Source: Hydrolagus colliei
Taxonomy: Eukaryota
Length of the DNA: 64,000 bases
Assembly (NCBI GenBank): GCA_035084275.1
Contig: CM068760.1
Span: 4,588,001 to 4,652,000 of the forward strand
Direction of reading: 5' to 3'
The translations under genes and the position numbers were made by a program. Shown in pieces: positions 1-13,320 of the stretch. A model generated the notes under the pieces. The model had not been told where the DNA came from, made no database searches, and was given only the letters and a program-made list of their open reading frames with translations. Numbering within the stretch: the stretch's first letter is position 1; each line of letters opens with the position of its first letter.

Positions 1-205
1 AATATACTGTAAAGTGAATTGACTGTATGTTTGTGGGAGAAACACGGCAGCCAATTACGCACAGCAGTGTCCCCATAAATAATCGTGGATTGAAATGACC
101 AATTTTTATTATTGTGGAGGGATTATTATTAGGTGTGTGTGTGGAGTAAGGAAACTTGCCCAAGGTTTCGCAATTGACCTGCCTGGATTTGAACACAGGT
201 CTCAC
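1..205 (-). mobile_element. Young tRNA-derived Deu-tail SINE, partial
   Basis: Reverse complement of the family body (gtaaggaaacttgcccaagg, gcagccaatt, aaagtgaattgactg); cut by the window edge and truncated in the head. Confidence 0.85.
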
Positions 206-1804
206 AATCGCTGGCAAACATATTCCTGCAAACAAAACAAATTCAGAGGAGATGGAAAGAGGAGTGAAAATTGGATGGGACATTTTGGTGTTGGGGTAGG
301 GGGGGAAGGGGGGAACCCAAACAAATGCTCTGATATGTAACCAAGTAACAACCGTCGAAGGCATCCGACTCGTTCACAAAGTTCCTGGCTGGGGACGGAA
401 AGTGCCATTTGAATTAAAGAACGGAGATGTCATTCACGGCTGTGGAAACCTCCACATCTGGGTCAGGCCTCTTAGCAGCGCAGGAATACAGCTGTCAAAG
501 ATTTGTTCCAAAAAAATTTACCTCCAAATTGAGCAACGTATGACTTTCACACCGTCGCCGACAGAACCAATGTCAGCGATGCTTTATCAGAAACTTGGCA
601 GCCACCCACGCCAGAGCTACAAACGTACAGACTCCCACTTGCACCTCTGGCTCCTGGCCAAAGCCCAAAACGCACAGGAGAATGTGAACAATGTCACTTT
701 GTAGAGATTGAAAGTTCTTCAGGTGCATGTAATTCTACACAGATCTGACTGCAGGGCTCAAGCTCAAAGTTGAGGATTGAAACCAGGACGGTGACAGTAG
801 ATAAGAGTAAGGATGGTCAGGTTGATTTTTCATTCAGATGGAAAAATTCTCCTTTGCACGCTGTACAAACATTCTTCACCCCCACTCCCCCGATCCCCCC
901 CCCCCCCCCCCCCCACCCACTCCCACCCGCCCCTCATCCGAGAAAAGCTGTAAATGGCCTTGACGTCTCGATGCGCAAGGTGTCATTGGGAGGTTCTGCT
1001 GATTATCTGGCCTGAATTTCTGCCCCTGGTATTAAACTTGTGAGCGCATTTTCATCTGAAAAAAATCGCAGAATGATGGGGGGGGCGGGGGGGGTAAGTC
1101 CCTCAAAGCCTCTTTTCACCTTGAAAAACAGTTTCAGTTCTTTTTATGAACAGCTGGAAAATCAGTTTGTGAAACAAAGGTGGTCTTGTGATTTTTAAAC
1201 AATTCTGTGCGATCCTTTAAATTCTAAGATTTAAGAATCTGGTGGGTGGGAGGAATCCAGGAGAAACAATTTTTTTTCATGAGCATGATGTCTTAGCCTG
1301 CAAAATACACAGGCACTACAATTTATAATGTGTCCGGCGAAGCACTCTGAGTCATCCACCTGACAGGAGAGACACTGCATCGCATGCAATGATTATTGAC
1401 GCTCCGTGTGTGATAGTGGGTTGCTTTGATCACTGACAGCTTCAGTGAAGGGCGGAACTGGAACCAAAGCAATCTGGGAAGCAGGGCTATCAAGTTAATG
1501 CCTGGAAAGTCCTGAAAATAATTCAGGGACGGCTTGGATCTTTGTAGATCTGCTTTAGCAAGGAGCACTCCGAGGCTCCACTCCAGACAACAATAAGGTG
1601 ACTTGAAAATGCTTTGTCTGAAAAGCAAAGAACATGCAGGTGGGGTATAAAGAGTTGCCTCGTGTGTAATGACTTTACAGCTTTGTTCTGGAGAGAATTC
1701 CAGATTTCAAAGGGCAATGTTCCGATCTACATCTCCCTCATTTACACAATGTTTAAGTGAGCCTTCTTAATAACTTAACCCTCGTTATTGATGGGCGGTG
1801 CTGT

Positions 1805-2220
1805 CAGTCCCTGACTCGGCTGGCTGTACTCTCACGTCTAGATGAGAAGGCTCAAGCCCCAGGTTAGGACTGTAGAGATCACTCTCAATCCATGCGGTGA
1901 TGGGGGAAGTGTTGCCGTGCCTTAGAAGCTGTCCCTCGGATAAGTCATTAAACAGAGGCCTATTCAGTTTACCAGTTCAAGTGGACGTTAAAGGTCGCAT
2001 GGAGATCCCATTTAAAGCGCTCTGAGACGCCGTCCGGCGTGGAGGGCGCTATATAAATCGAAGTTGTTGTTGTTGTTGGAGTCATGGGCATTGGGGAGGG
2101 AATTTCTCCCAGTGATCTGGCCAACAGATGAATTGATTATTCACCTTAAATATTTTTTTTTGGAGAGGGTTGGCAATCGCTGTGTGGAATGAGTTGCTGC
2201 GTTTGCACTACAAAACCAAT
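1805..2220 (+). mobile_element. Old DeuSINE-like copy interrupted by an L2 3' tail (2015-2077)
   Basis: Degenerate core (ttaaacagaggcc...gttcaagtggacgttaaa...gggaatttctccc...ctggccaac) with an inserted aagcgctctgagacgccgtccggcgtggagggcgctatataaatcgaa(gtt)n. Confidence 0.6.
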
Positions 2221-3931
2221 CTCAACAGTGGACAGCAACTGCTTGCGATGTTTTCTTTTCCGACAATGATAAGGCTCTGGGATCGAACACGAGGATTATC
2301 CATTGAACACAGTTGGAAATGACAGATTTTCGGACAACAGGCTGGATAAGAACTCTTCCAGCTACTTTGATTCCAGTATTGAAAGCCATAAGTATTCACA
2401 CTGAACGAGGAGCATAGTGCGCAAGTGGACACATTCACGCAGAGGATTTAAGGTGCAGATTAGCTGTAGGTGTGAAGCCTCCAAACTGCAGAATGAGCAA
2501 CAAAATAAAATTACATTTGCATAGCGCTTTCACGTTGGGAGGACGTCCCAAGGCACTGAGACACCTTGGATTGTTTAATCAACAAGGCTCATGAGTGAAC
2601 CAATGAGGCATTGAATGTTACAATAGTTTCTAGGTGCAATCCAATTTCAGCGATAAAATGTGAAAAGCGCTATATCAAATGCAAACACTATGATTATTAT
2701 TATTAATGCACTTGAAGTGATTGCTTGCATTAAATAAACCAGATGTGGTAAACCTCGTGCACCTGTATGAAACACAAGGATTATTATTCTTATTCTTATT
2801 CCTCATCTCGCTTGAAATTGCCAACGCCTGTTAAAATGACCAATTTTACCCAAAGTTTTACCCATTGATAAAACTCTCCTATTTCAAAACAGAGGAGAGA
2901 GGAACGGGGTACCAGACTATCAGATGATAATAATAATAATCCTTGCATTTGATACAGCACTTTTCACATCTTCTAGACATCTCAACACGCTTCACTAAAT
3001 AAACTGTCAAATAAACTGACTGTGGGCAAAATGTATAGGATTTGCACGAATGCGAGACTGTGGAGACTAAGTAGGACAGCAAAGAAGGTCAATCCAGCAC
3101 GAGGGACCAAGCGAAAGAGAGCGAGGAAGTGCAGAGTGGTGCGAAACGGCATGCAATCGCTGGTGTTAATTATCACATCGCACAGCACATTTCTCACCTC
3201 TGTGCGTTCACAGGAGGATAAAAATATAAGGAAGCTATTGAAAACTGCTACCCAGCGTGGGCGCCGACTGAGGCAGGCACTTAGAAAAAGTTGTCCCGCG
3301 GCAGAAACAAAAAAACACCAACTCCTAAACCCCAACTCCCATTATTATTCCAACAAAGTAATTCCAATATGTGCCCAGTCACTCAGGGTAGGTAAGTATA
3401 CACTGGTGTGTTGTTTTTTGGTGAACCCATGTACTAATTCTGTACTTCAGTGTTAATTCCTCCTAAACAAACATCTCTAGTGAAATAGGCACACAACAGT
3501 TCGTCAACTGATCTAAACAAATGCACAGAACCCTTTGAAAGCAAAGCCAGTGATTAAGGCAGTTTATTTTGCAGTCTGAGCTGTACCCAATTCTCAGGAA
3601 ATTAATGCTTAGTGAATAAATAGTGGCTGAATTGGCCCTGATGTTGTGTTACTGCTCTCTTTTATAAGAGGCTCTCGGGTCACAAGCGCAGCAAGTCTGA
3701 TTGAGTTTGGAAAGTGTTTTTGAATTAGTCTTAGACTAAATAAAACTGGTACCAAAACTTCAGACCCAGTCTGGTCTGGTCTTGTCTGATTTTTAAAAAA
3801 AATTCAGGAATAGCACCACTTAAAACTGACTCTGAAAAAGAAAAATATAGCGACCGTCAAGAGCTTAACACAGCATTGAAGCTAATGTACTTTTAACATC
3901 CTTTTTCAGCTGCTGGTCCAGTTTGTATAAC

Positions 3932-4310
3932 ATAATAATAATAATAATCCTTGCATTTGATATAGCGCCTTATCACGTCTTCTAGACATCTCAAAAAGTG
4001 CTTCACAGAATATACTGCAAAATGAATTGACTGTATATTTTGTGGGCGAAACGAAACGCGGCCGCCAATTGCGCACAGAGGTGTCCCACAAACTGGTCAT
4101 GGACTGAGTGACCAAATGATCAGTATTTTTTTTCAGGGGATTGTTACCCTCAGAAAAACAATCCCCCAATCGACGAACAACCGGGTTACTTCTTACTGTT
4201 AGGTAAACTGAGGCGTGTGGGGTGAGGAAACTTGCCCAACGTTTCGCACTGTCCGGGAATTGAACCCAGGTCCTCTTGCATGCGAGCGAGGTGAGTGCTC
4301 TAACAGTGTG
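3932..4310 (-). mobile_element. tRNA-derived SINE, longer/older subfamily
   Basis: (AAT)n tail, Deu-type 3' region and B-box gggttcaattcc, plus an internal segment (aacccggttgttcgtcgattggg) absent from most copies. Confidence 0.8.
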
Positions 4311-4864
4311 CTGTACAGTATATAAGTTCTGTACAAAGTGATGTCCTCCCAACGTGAAGACTCCTGTGGGGTGAAATTCGATGACACCTTTTAAGAGATT
4401 TGGCTGTTTGAAGTGGAGTTTCAACTCCTCTTAGCTGCGTAAAAGATTCTCGCCGGTCTTCTGGCGTGCAGATGGATCACAACACTGTTAGTCAAGTGGA
4501 TCCGCACTCCCTCCAGCCTTTGGGACAGTGAGACTGGTTTGAGATTCCGGGCTCCTCTCTCCTTCACGTAACCACACTGTGCTGAGTTTCACAGGTTGAG
4601 TTAATCAGGGTGTTTCAATCAGTGTGGTGCAGCATGTGGCAGGGAGCGTGATTGTTGTTTCCACATGTGCTGCTGATTATTTTTACGGCGTGAAAGACTA
4701 GCCGCCAGGGTTGGTGAAAATCACACCCGTTGACAAGCTCCCCCGCACCCCCCCACCCCTCCCCGCACCCCACCCCCCGCATTGAACTGAGCTGAACCAT
4801 GCCGCCCGCCTTCATTCGCAGGGTGATGGAACATTGACTGACGTTGGCTGCCTCTGAGCTCACA

Positions 4865-5180
4865 GGCTTGGCTTGGCTGAAGCTCCGGTCCGGTGCTGGG
4901 GGGGGGGGTAGCGCTGAGATGCCATCTGAAGAGCCGTTAAACCGAGGTTCAATCCGCCTCTTTTCAGGTGATCGCGTGAAGATCCCATTACATTATTTGA
5001 AAAGAACAGGGAGTTTCTAACTTGTGTCGCAGCCAACAATGTTCAAGATTAATTGGATATTCACTTGATGGCCCTTCGTGTGTTTACGAGTAAAATTGCT
5101 GCCACATTTACATACGAATACACAGTTACCGCACTTGACAGTAGCTCCTTGCAAAACGCTTTGGGGCATTTCAAGTTTAC
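4865..5180 (+). mobile_element. Old DeuSINE-like element
   Basis: cgttaaaccgagg...ttcaggtg...aagatcccat...tatttgaaaagaacagggagtt...gccaac...aaattgctgccacattt resembles the Deu core of the AmnSINE1/SacSINE1 group. Confidence 0.6.
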
Positions 5181-5368
5181 TGGGGCTACATCAGAAACCA
5201 TTACACCGTCACTGCTAGTGATTAAGGCTACTCCATGTGATGCTCTGTATAGCCGCCTTGCACAAGCTAAAAATCGAATGCGGGGATTATTTTCTTCTGA
5301 ACTCTGCCTTGAATTACCATTGGGCCAGTGCAACCAGAGGAAGATCAGGCTTAGGGAATGAATATGGT

Positions 5369-5684
5369 GGAGTCCTGTAGCTCAGTGGTTAGAGCGCTCG
5401 CCTTACAAGCGTGAGACCTGTGTTTGGAATCCAGGCAGGTCAGGGCGAAACCTTGGGTAAGTTTCCTTACCCCACACACCTAATAATACCTCAAAAAAAA
5501 AGACAACAATAAAAATTGGTCATTTCAATCCATGACTGTTTGTGGAACACTGCTGTGCGCAATTGGCTGCCGCGCTTCGCCCACAAATATAGAGTCAATT
5601 CACTTTACAGTGTATTCTGTGAAGCGCTTTGAAACGTCTAGAAGACGTGAAAAACACTATATCAAATGCATGGATTATTATTAT
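5369..5684 (+). mobile_element. Young tRNA-derived Deu-tail SINE, full length
   Basis: A-box tagctcagtggttagagc, B-box-like gtttggaatcc, core ctgtgcgcaattggctgccgc, tail aagcgctttga...atcaaatgca..(att)n. Confidence 0.93.
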
Positions 5685-7213
5685 ATTTTACACACAGCAA
5701 AATATTCATCCGTGAAGCTGTGATTGAAGACAAAAGAGCATCAATGCACGGAGAGAGAAAACAAATGCTCAATTTGTGGGCGAAAGGATGCATGAGGGAG
5801 AAGGGAATAGAGGGAACTAGGTAAGGGATGAAAGGAGTGGGTGAGGTGTGGAGTACAAACACTGGTACAGACTGTGTGTGCGGAATGACCCACTTCTCTG
5901 TCATTTTTCTCCGTGACACTATGTGACCACAAAGAGCTCAATCTGCTTTTCAGGTTCGACGCTCAATCCGAGTTACCCAACGTGTTAGGAAGAGCGTCCT
6001 TAATTGATTTCCAGGAATCCAAGGCAATGTAGAGGTTGGTCTAATTAACTGAGGCTATCGTTCCTATTTTGCATTGTGCGTAGATTTATTTCAGTTGGAT
6101 GAGTAATCTCGAACCCCTTTTCAGCAACTGCTCCACAGAAAGTTTCAAATGAAAAAAAATCGATCTTATTTACCCGCGAATAAAACAAACAACTCCCCCA
6201 CCCAAAAAAAGAAAATTGAATTAAAAAATTGATCTGAAAGCAGAGAGGAGAGAGAGAGAGAGAGGAGAGATCAGCTGGATTGTATCTGCTCCCTGCACAT
6301 GGCGTGACTCATGTAAAATTCACCTGCATCAGCTCCTCACGAATATCTCTAAGAAATGACTGGGTTTGGAATGGGTGCGAGCTGGAACCTGCAGCCCAAA
6401 CAATAATCTCTATTGTATCCACCAACAACAGCACCTCCATTCAGTGCAATAGCACAAAGTCAATCAGTCACTGAGTGTCAGCACACAATGCAAACCGCAA
6501 GCCGCAGGCTAGAGATCAAGCGTAATCACAACTGCAAATCCTCACTGCTCTTTACACGCAATGTGTCAATCACGGCACCGTTTGACGGGCAAGCTGGGAG
6601 CCAAACACCGATCCCATCTATCACAGGTAACGCCAATAAGAATAGCACAAAGGAGGGACTTCAGTGGAACAACACAGGCAACCTGACTTTATATCTTTTT
6701 AAAGCTATAGTAGGAACCATCAATTTTAACAAAAAACAACCATTTAATGTTTTCAACTTTTCTGTTCAGTTTAACACTTTGCGAGCCAGGCTACTGCCAA
6801 AATGCTTTAGGCAACCCCCCCCCACCCCCCCAACCCATACACACACAGAGAGGAAGAGGGAGTTGACAGCAATAACCTTCTGATATGGCAAATGTACAGC
6901 CTGGAAAAGCCTCTGTGGTCCATCTGGCTGGGCACATTGTCACAAAAGATCGGGCATTATTCGATCGCACCTGCCTTGCCGCTCAATTGGCTTCTCAGAG
7001 CCAAAGAGCCTCTTAAATCAATGTGTGGATTGTTGGATAAAACGCTGATAAATACTCCTTGCAATTGATACATGGACCGATTGCAATCGATATTGCATTG
7101 CCAGGTCTCCTGGGTGCTCTATCAGCAAATAGTTTCATCCAAAAAGAAAGTTTAGCAATACTGCCTGCAAAATTATTTTTTGTGTGGGGGGATAAATTGC
7201 TGATGTCAAATGC

Positions 7214-7534
7214 AATAATAATAATCCTTGCTTTTGAATTGAGCGCTTTTCATGTCTTATCGACGTCTCAAAGCGCTTCACAGAATATCCTGTAAAGTGA
7301 ATTGACTTGTGTATTCGTGGGCGAACGGAGGCAGCCAATTGCGCACAGCAGCGTCCCCATAAACAGTCGTGGATTGGGTGACCAATTTATTATTGTTTTT
7401 TTTCCTGAGGGATTATTATCAGGCGTGTGTGTGTGGAGTAAGGAAACTTGCGCAAGGATTCGCCCTGCCTGGAATTGAACACGGGTTTCTCGCTTGTAAG
7501 GCGAGTGCTCTAACCACTGAGATACAGGAACTCC
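7214..7534 (-). mobile_element. Young SINE, full length
   Basis: Reverse complement of the same ~320-bp consensus. Confidence 0.92.
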
Positions 7535-8326
7535 ACCGTGAGTCCTTGATTATGCTTCTTCAGCATTTCTGAACGCAGCTGAAATAACTCGGAATTGTGG
7601 TGTAGTACCACAAGCGGTTTGAGCGTGAAATGTACACAACTTCTCCGTGGGTGAGGGAAACCGAGACATATAGATTGTGGAAATAAATTCTGGAAGATTG
7701 AGCTGGACAGACTCGGAGCAATCGCCAGCATCAAATCAAAGGGAGACATAACAGAACAGGGCAAAAGAGATTGAGTTGCAGCCAGAAGATAGGATTAGTA
7801 TGCAGTTGTCAAGGACCTCGTTGTCACTACAACAATAGAGAGACAGTGTAACACCTACAAAGCGTTAGAACCAAGCTGATCAGATAACTGCCCTTGGGCT
7901 GAGGAGTGCAGAAGGAACAAAACTTAGTCCACTGGGCAAGTTAATTGTCCCCATCCCGACATCTTGGGCAACCAGGAATAAGAAGGAGAGAGGGAGGTGA
8001 AACAAAATAAGAATAACCTTTTATCGGGCACTGTGCCTTAAAGTCTGAACAACAAGTTGTGTTTCTATTGGGCCCTTCCTGCAGAGTAGCGTCTGGGAGC
8101 ACTTGAAAGCCGTAGTTGAAACTTTCTCAAATGCCTCATTGACATTCCCGAAGCACTAGATATACTGTATATAATATTCATATATAATTTACTTGATATG
8201 ACTTGACTAGCACTGATGGTTTTTGTTTAATAGCTATATATTCGAAGTGTTCTCATGGCAATTTCTTTCAGTATCCGCATACATGTTGACCAACATGCGT
8301 TAACAATGAAAGAAAAACAGAAATGG

Positions 8327-8542
8327 AAGCGCGGCAGCCAATTGCTCACAGCAGCATCCCCACAAACAGTCGTGGATTGAAATGACCAATTTTATTATTG
8401 GTTTTTTTTGGTGGGAGGGATGATTATTAAATATGCGGAGTAAAGAAACTTGCCCAGGGTTTGGCCCTGACCTGCCTGGATTCGAAACACAGGTCTCACG
8501 CTTGTAAGGCGAGCGCTCTAACCACTGAGCTACAGGAGCTCC
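8327..8542 (-). mobile_element. Young SINE, head and body, 3' truncated
   Basis: Intact A and B boxes (rc of ggattcgaaac and ctctaaccactgagctacaggagctcc); no tail. Confidence 0.88.
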
Positions 8543-9689
8543 AGCAAGGTCGAAGAGAGCAGGTAAAAAAGGAAGCTCGTTTTCTTCCCCCAAGTCAAGA
8601 CCTCGAAACCAAAAAGCAGCTTGAGCATTTGCGGGGAATGCTCGCTCAGTCACTTTGACTGGCGTGGTAAGAAGAGCGTGAGATGGGTAAAATAATCGTT
8701 CGAGTCGGACAATAGTCGTTCTGAACAATACGGCCGGGGACCAAATGGAAAAGTCACTGAGTCCATTGGGAGATCTGAAGCTGAAATACTTGTAATTTAC
8801 CTCGGGTCAAATCGCATCCAAAAGAGAAAGGAAAGCTGACGACGCTATACAGGATATATAAGCAAGCAAAAAAAAAAACCCCACACATATATTAACACAT
8901 GTGGTAAAAAATAATTACAATCGGTTACATCAGGAAGGTGATTGAGGCCAGGATGCTGGGACTCATTAAAAACACAGCTCGATGCTTTGATGGATAGACG
9001 GTAGTGTGGGCATTCTGGAAGGGATTTGGAGTGCTCCATGTTCCATTCCAGACACAGAGAAATTTCCACGTGGGGGTGGCATGTCTGCCTATGTGGAACT
9101 CTCTCAAAGTCTGGTTCGGATGTTGTTAAGCACACGGCGAGGGGGTTTCCGCATGAGCAGACTACCGCCAAAAAATAGGGAGACACGCAAAACGGAATGA
9201 AGCAACCTTCGTAATCTAAAGCAATCTTGTGAGGAAACAAGAGGCATTGACCAGTTGTGAAATCCTCCTAATTTGTGGGTAGAGGAAAGAGTTGAACACA
9301 AGGGGGTTTGAACAACAGTAGGACTCGGAGAAATAAGTGCGGAGGGGAGGTTGGTGGGGGGATGACGGTGGTCAAATAGCATTCACTACATAAGCTCACA
9401 CATGAGAAATGGTCACTTGGGTGAGGTCACAGATAAGTAACTGTATTTTGTAAATCATATGCCACGATGGGATTTAAAAAAAAATACCCCTTAATATTGA
9501 ACATTGCTCACATCTAACTGCTCTGCAAATTAAGGATGAATTCAATTCACGTAGCCATCGTGGACCTCATTATAATGTACTTTGGACACGAACGTAGGAG
9601 GAAAATTTAGCTCAGTAGCTAGTTGATTCCCAACTCAATACAGTTGGGAGAACTTTATCCACACTGGTTGCAACCAAGATCTTTATGTA

Positions 9690-9960
9690 TAATAATAATA
9701 ACGATAATCCATGCGTTTGTGTTCATGTCAGGAGGCAGTCGCAAAACACATACTGTAAAGTGCAGTGACTGTGTATTTTGTAGGTGATTGTGGCAGCCCG
9801 TTTGTGCACAGCCAGACACCTATGAAGTGAGTGACGGATTATATCTGTGCGATCACAGGGAGAAACTCCCTTCTCTTTTCGAGTAACGCTGTGGGATCTT
9901 TTGCGTCTGCCTGAACAGGAAGGCGGGACCTCGGTTTAACGTCTCGTACAAAGGACACGC
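9690..9960 (-). mobile_element. Old DeuSINE-like element
   Basis: rc core gggagaaactcccttctctt...gggatcttttgcgtctgcctgaacagg...cctcggtttaacgtctc, plus a degenerate tail. Confidence 0.65.
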
Positions 9961-10102
9961 ACGGGTTTGCATTGCGTATTTGGGCTTTGTTTTTTCTCTC
10001 CGCGTTCTTCTCAGTAATCTGAAACGACTCTCCAAACACGCCTCTCGCGCTCTTGTCGGATTTGAGGCACTGTCGAATCCTTTATTGCCAACTGCGCGTA
10101 CT

Positions 10103-10108
10103 GAGAGA

Positions 10109-10139
<31 letters not shown>

Positions 10140-10168
10140 AGCGAGAGAAAGACAGAGAGAAAGAGAGT
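10103..10168. repeat. (AG)n/(AAAG)n purine microsatellite
   Basis: gagagagagggagaaagaaagaaagaaagaaagaaaga seen directly. Confidence 0.9.
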
Positions 10169-11529
10169 GGGAGAAAAAGGACAATGCAACCTACACACAC
10201 CATACCAGTGATCATTACAAGGTGCAGCCGGACACACCAAATAAAACAAACTTCAAACTGATGAAAGAAACTTTCTGTTATTTTGCCTTGCCATCCATCC
10301 CTCCCTCCCTTCCTCCCGCTTTTGCACAGTTCCAAGTTGTGGCTTAATTCGCACATTCAAAAGTGCTTCTTTTTTGGTTGGGGTAAAAAAAATTAAATTA
10401 AAAAAACACACAACACAGGAGGAGGAGGAGGCATGTCAAATCTCCAACCAGGTAGGGTTTTTAATTGCCCATTTGTCTAAGTGTTTTCTATTAGCTGACT
10501 GGCCCAGGTTGTGGAAGAAGGAAAGTATTGTTTGAATGGGCCCCTTGTTTAATGTGCGTGCGAAGCTGACTGCTCCCTGCCTTTCCCCCGCCCACTCTGT
10601 GAAACCACAAGCCGCTCCGCTACACCTTTCCCAGGGACAGTAAACAAGATCTCTCCGCACGCCATCTCACCTCATGCATTCCCAGCCTCTGACTCACCCC
10701 TACCCGGAACTCCAGCAAGGCACAACAGAAATCTCCTCTCTCTCTTTTTTCACTTCTCTTCAAATCTCTCACCACCGCTGTGCAAACTCCTTATCGACAG
10801 CCACTGATTACACTTGCCACCCAAGTGTAACAGAGCAGGGGCAGGCGATCTAGAGAACGAAGTCTGTCCCATCACTCACACACACACACACTCTCTCGCT
10901 CGCTCACTCAATCACTTAAACATTGGTCAATAAACCTCTTTTTTTTCCGCGAAGGAGAATGTTTTACTCTCTCTTTCATATTAGTTTCCGGGACAATGGG
11001 GAAAATCCTCAGCACAGTTCTTTTTTTTAAGCCAACAAAAAGGAATGAGATGAATGAAAGTTTTTAACCCCCGAAAAGTTTTTAAATAACGACAATCGTT
11101 GCATTCGATAGAGCGCCTTGTCCCGTCGTTGAGACATCTCGTGAAGTGTTTCACGGAATGTGCTGTAACGCGGACTGACTGCGTGTTTGGCGGGCGAAAC
11201 GCGGCGCCAAACTGCGCATAGCAGCGTCCCGCAAATAGTCTGGGACTGAGTGTTCAAGTTTTTTTCTGAAGGTTGATTTCCTTCCCCTGGAATGCGGTCT
11301 GCCAATCGACTAAAAATTGCAGAGAATAACATGTTAACTATCGAGAGCACAGATACTTAGCAGTAATAAAAGTAAATGAGGCAAACTGTGGCTTAATGTT
11401 GGTAATTTGTTCTGTCGGTAGCTTGTCACGGTCACCCTGGCACATTGGAGAGTGACTCGAGCCTTTTAACTTCTCCAAATCAGTCTTGTTCGTTCATGTG
11501 GCTTTCCTGCCAGTGGGGCGAGATGCCAA

Positions 11530-11725
11530 CCTGGCTCGTTTGGCAGCACATCAAGCTCGTCTCTGAGTCGGAAGGTTGTGGGTTCAAGCCCCACGTCAGG
11601 GATTTGAGATTCACGGTCTCGAGTGCCAGTGCCAGTGTGAGCTGCATTGTCAGAGGTGTCATTCTTTGGAGGGAAACGTTAGCCTCTGAGGTCGTGTCTG
11701 CCTTGTTCAGGTGTGCATTAAACAC
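11530..11725 (+). mobile_element. Old tRNA-headed DeuSINE-like 5' half
   Basis: tggctcgtttggcagcac...ctctgagtcggaaggttgtgggttcaagcccca head, then gcattgtcagaggtg...gttcaggtg. The same head recurs near 39450. Confidence 0.65.
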
Positions 11726-11798
11726 CCCGTCATACGACAACAGCAACAACAACTACATTTATAGAGCGCCTTTCATGTGGCTGTGCGAGCGAGCTGAT

Positions 11799-12128
11799 CT
11801 GTAGCTCAGCGGTCAGACCACTTGCCTTACAAGCGTGAGTGTTTGAATCCAGGCAGATCAGGACAAAACCTTGGGCAAGTTTTCTTACTCCACACACACA
11901 CACACATGCCTAATAATAATCCGTCTCCAAAAACAACCATAATAATAAAAATTAGTCATTTCAACCCATGACTGTTTGTGGTGACACTGCTGTGCGCAAT
12001 TGGCTGCCGCGTTTTGTCCACAAATTTACAGTCACTTTGCAGTACATTCTGTGAAGCGCTTTGAGACGTCGATAAGATACGAAAAGTGCTATATCAAATG
12101 CAAGGATTATTATTATTATCATTATTAT
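11799..12128 (+). mobile_element. Young SINE, full length
   Basis: Family consensus with an internal (CA)n and (att)n tail. Confidence 0.9.
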
Positions 12129-12579
12129 GATCTGAGCTGGGGCAGTGGAAGGGACAATGCAACTGGTACCATTGCCCACAGACTGAGTGAGTGAGTAGAA
12201 CGAAAAAAAACAGCCGATCACTTGGTGACCTCCCGCTACAAAGCTCGTGGGCGGGTGAACAATGGGCGAGGGCAGGAACAGGCTTGGTTGGCTAAGATAT
12301 TCTCCATGGTTGAGCTGTCTGCCAGCACACATTGCTTCGGCTCACATGTGCTCGACAACTGTTGAGCGCCTACCGATTGCACACACCAAAGTGAGTCACC
12401 AGCCCCCCCTCCCCCCCCCCCCCCCCCCGAGAGGAGAAAGCGAGGAGAAAATTGGGAGGCGGGAGGAAAACTTTGCCTAACTGACAAGTGATAATTTGTT
12501 TCAAACCACGGGGAAACGCGACAAACGTGTAAAAACGTGGACGCGATCTGTACGATCTCATACCATCTGCGATATGTGA

Positions 12580-13320
12580 TCCATTGCATTTGATATCGCG
12601 CCCTAGCACATCATCGAGACGTCTCAAAACTCTTCACAGAAAATATATCGTGCAAATAGGGCAGTTGTTTCACATTATATGTGGATTCCTGCACTTTACA
12701 AAGTGGGCTGAAATTTGCTTGTTATCAGCAATGCTGTCACTTTGGAAAGATTAAACAGAGGTACCAGCTGGCTTTTCTCACGTTGTGTACGCTGCTGAAA
12801 TCGCAATGGACTTTGGCCGCCAATTCAGCTGCCGAAGACACCGTCGCTGGACTTTACCTTTACAATCAATCCGACGAAGCGCTTTGAGACGTCCCACAAA
12901 ACATCAATCCAGAGGTAGATCGAAACCGCGTAATCAGAACCGGGAATTGTAAATAATCTTACTTGTGATCCTCGCAATTGATGTCTCACCTTATCACGCC
13001 GTTGAAAACTTCTCAAAAGCGCTTCATAGGGGTTGTAAAGCAGTGGGACTCTGTATTTACGGATGAATCGGGCAGCCAATTTGCACACAGCAATATCCCA
13101 GGACAAACAACCTTTGAAATCAATGATTAATTTTATTTTAGGGTGATTCCATTTAATCACGAGGCATGCCACGGGATTAATAACAAAAAAAATCCTTGCA
13201 TTTGATGTAGCGATTCTCACGTCTCCTAGACGTCTCAAGGCACCTCACAAAGCATACCGTAAGTTGAATTGACTGTATATTTGTGGGCAAAATTTGTGGA
13301 CTGTATATTTGTGGGGATCC
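12580..13320. mobile_element. Cluster of about four degenerate SINE 3' tails
   Basis: Repeated ttgcatttgat...gacgtctcaa...cttcacag and aagcgctttgagacgtc motifs on both strands. Confidence 0.65.

Noticed and set aside
5369-5445. tRNA gene (Val-UAC-like loop cttacaa with A and B boxes)
   Set aside because: It lacks a proper acceptor stem and continues into the same SINE body in every copy, so these are SINE heads, not tRNA genes.
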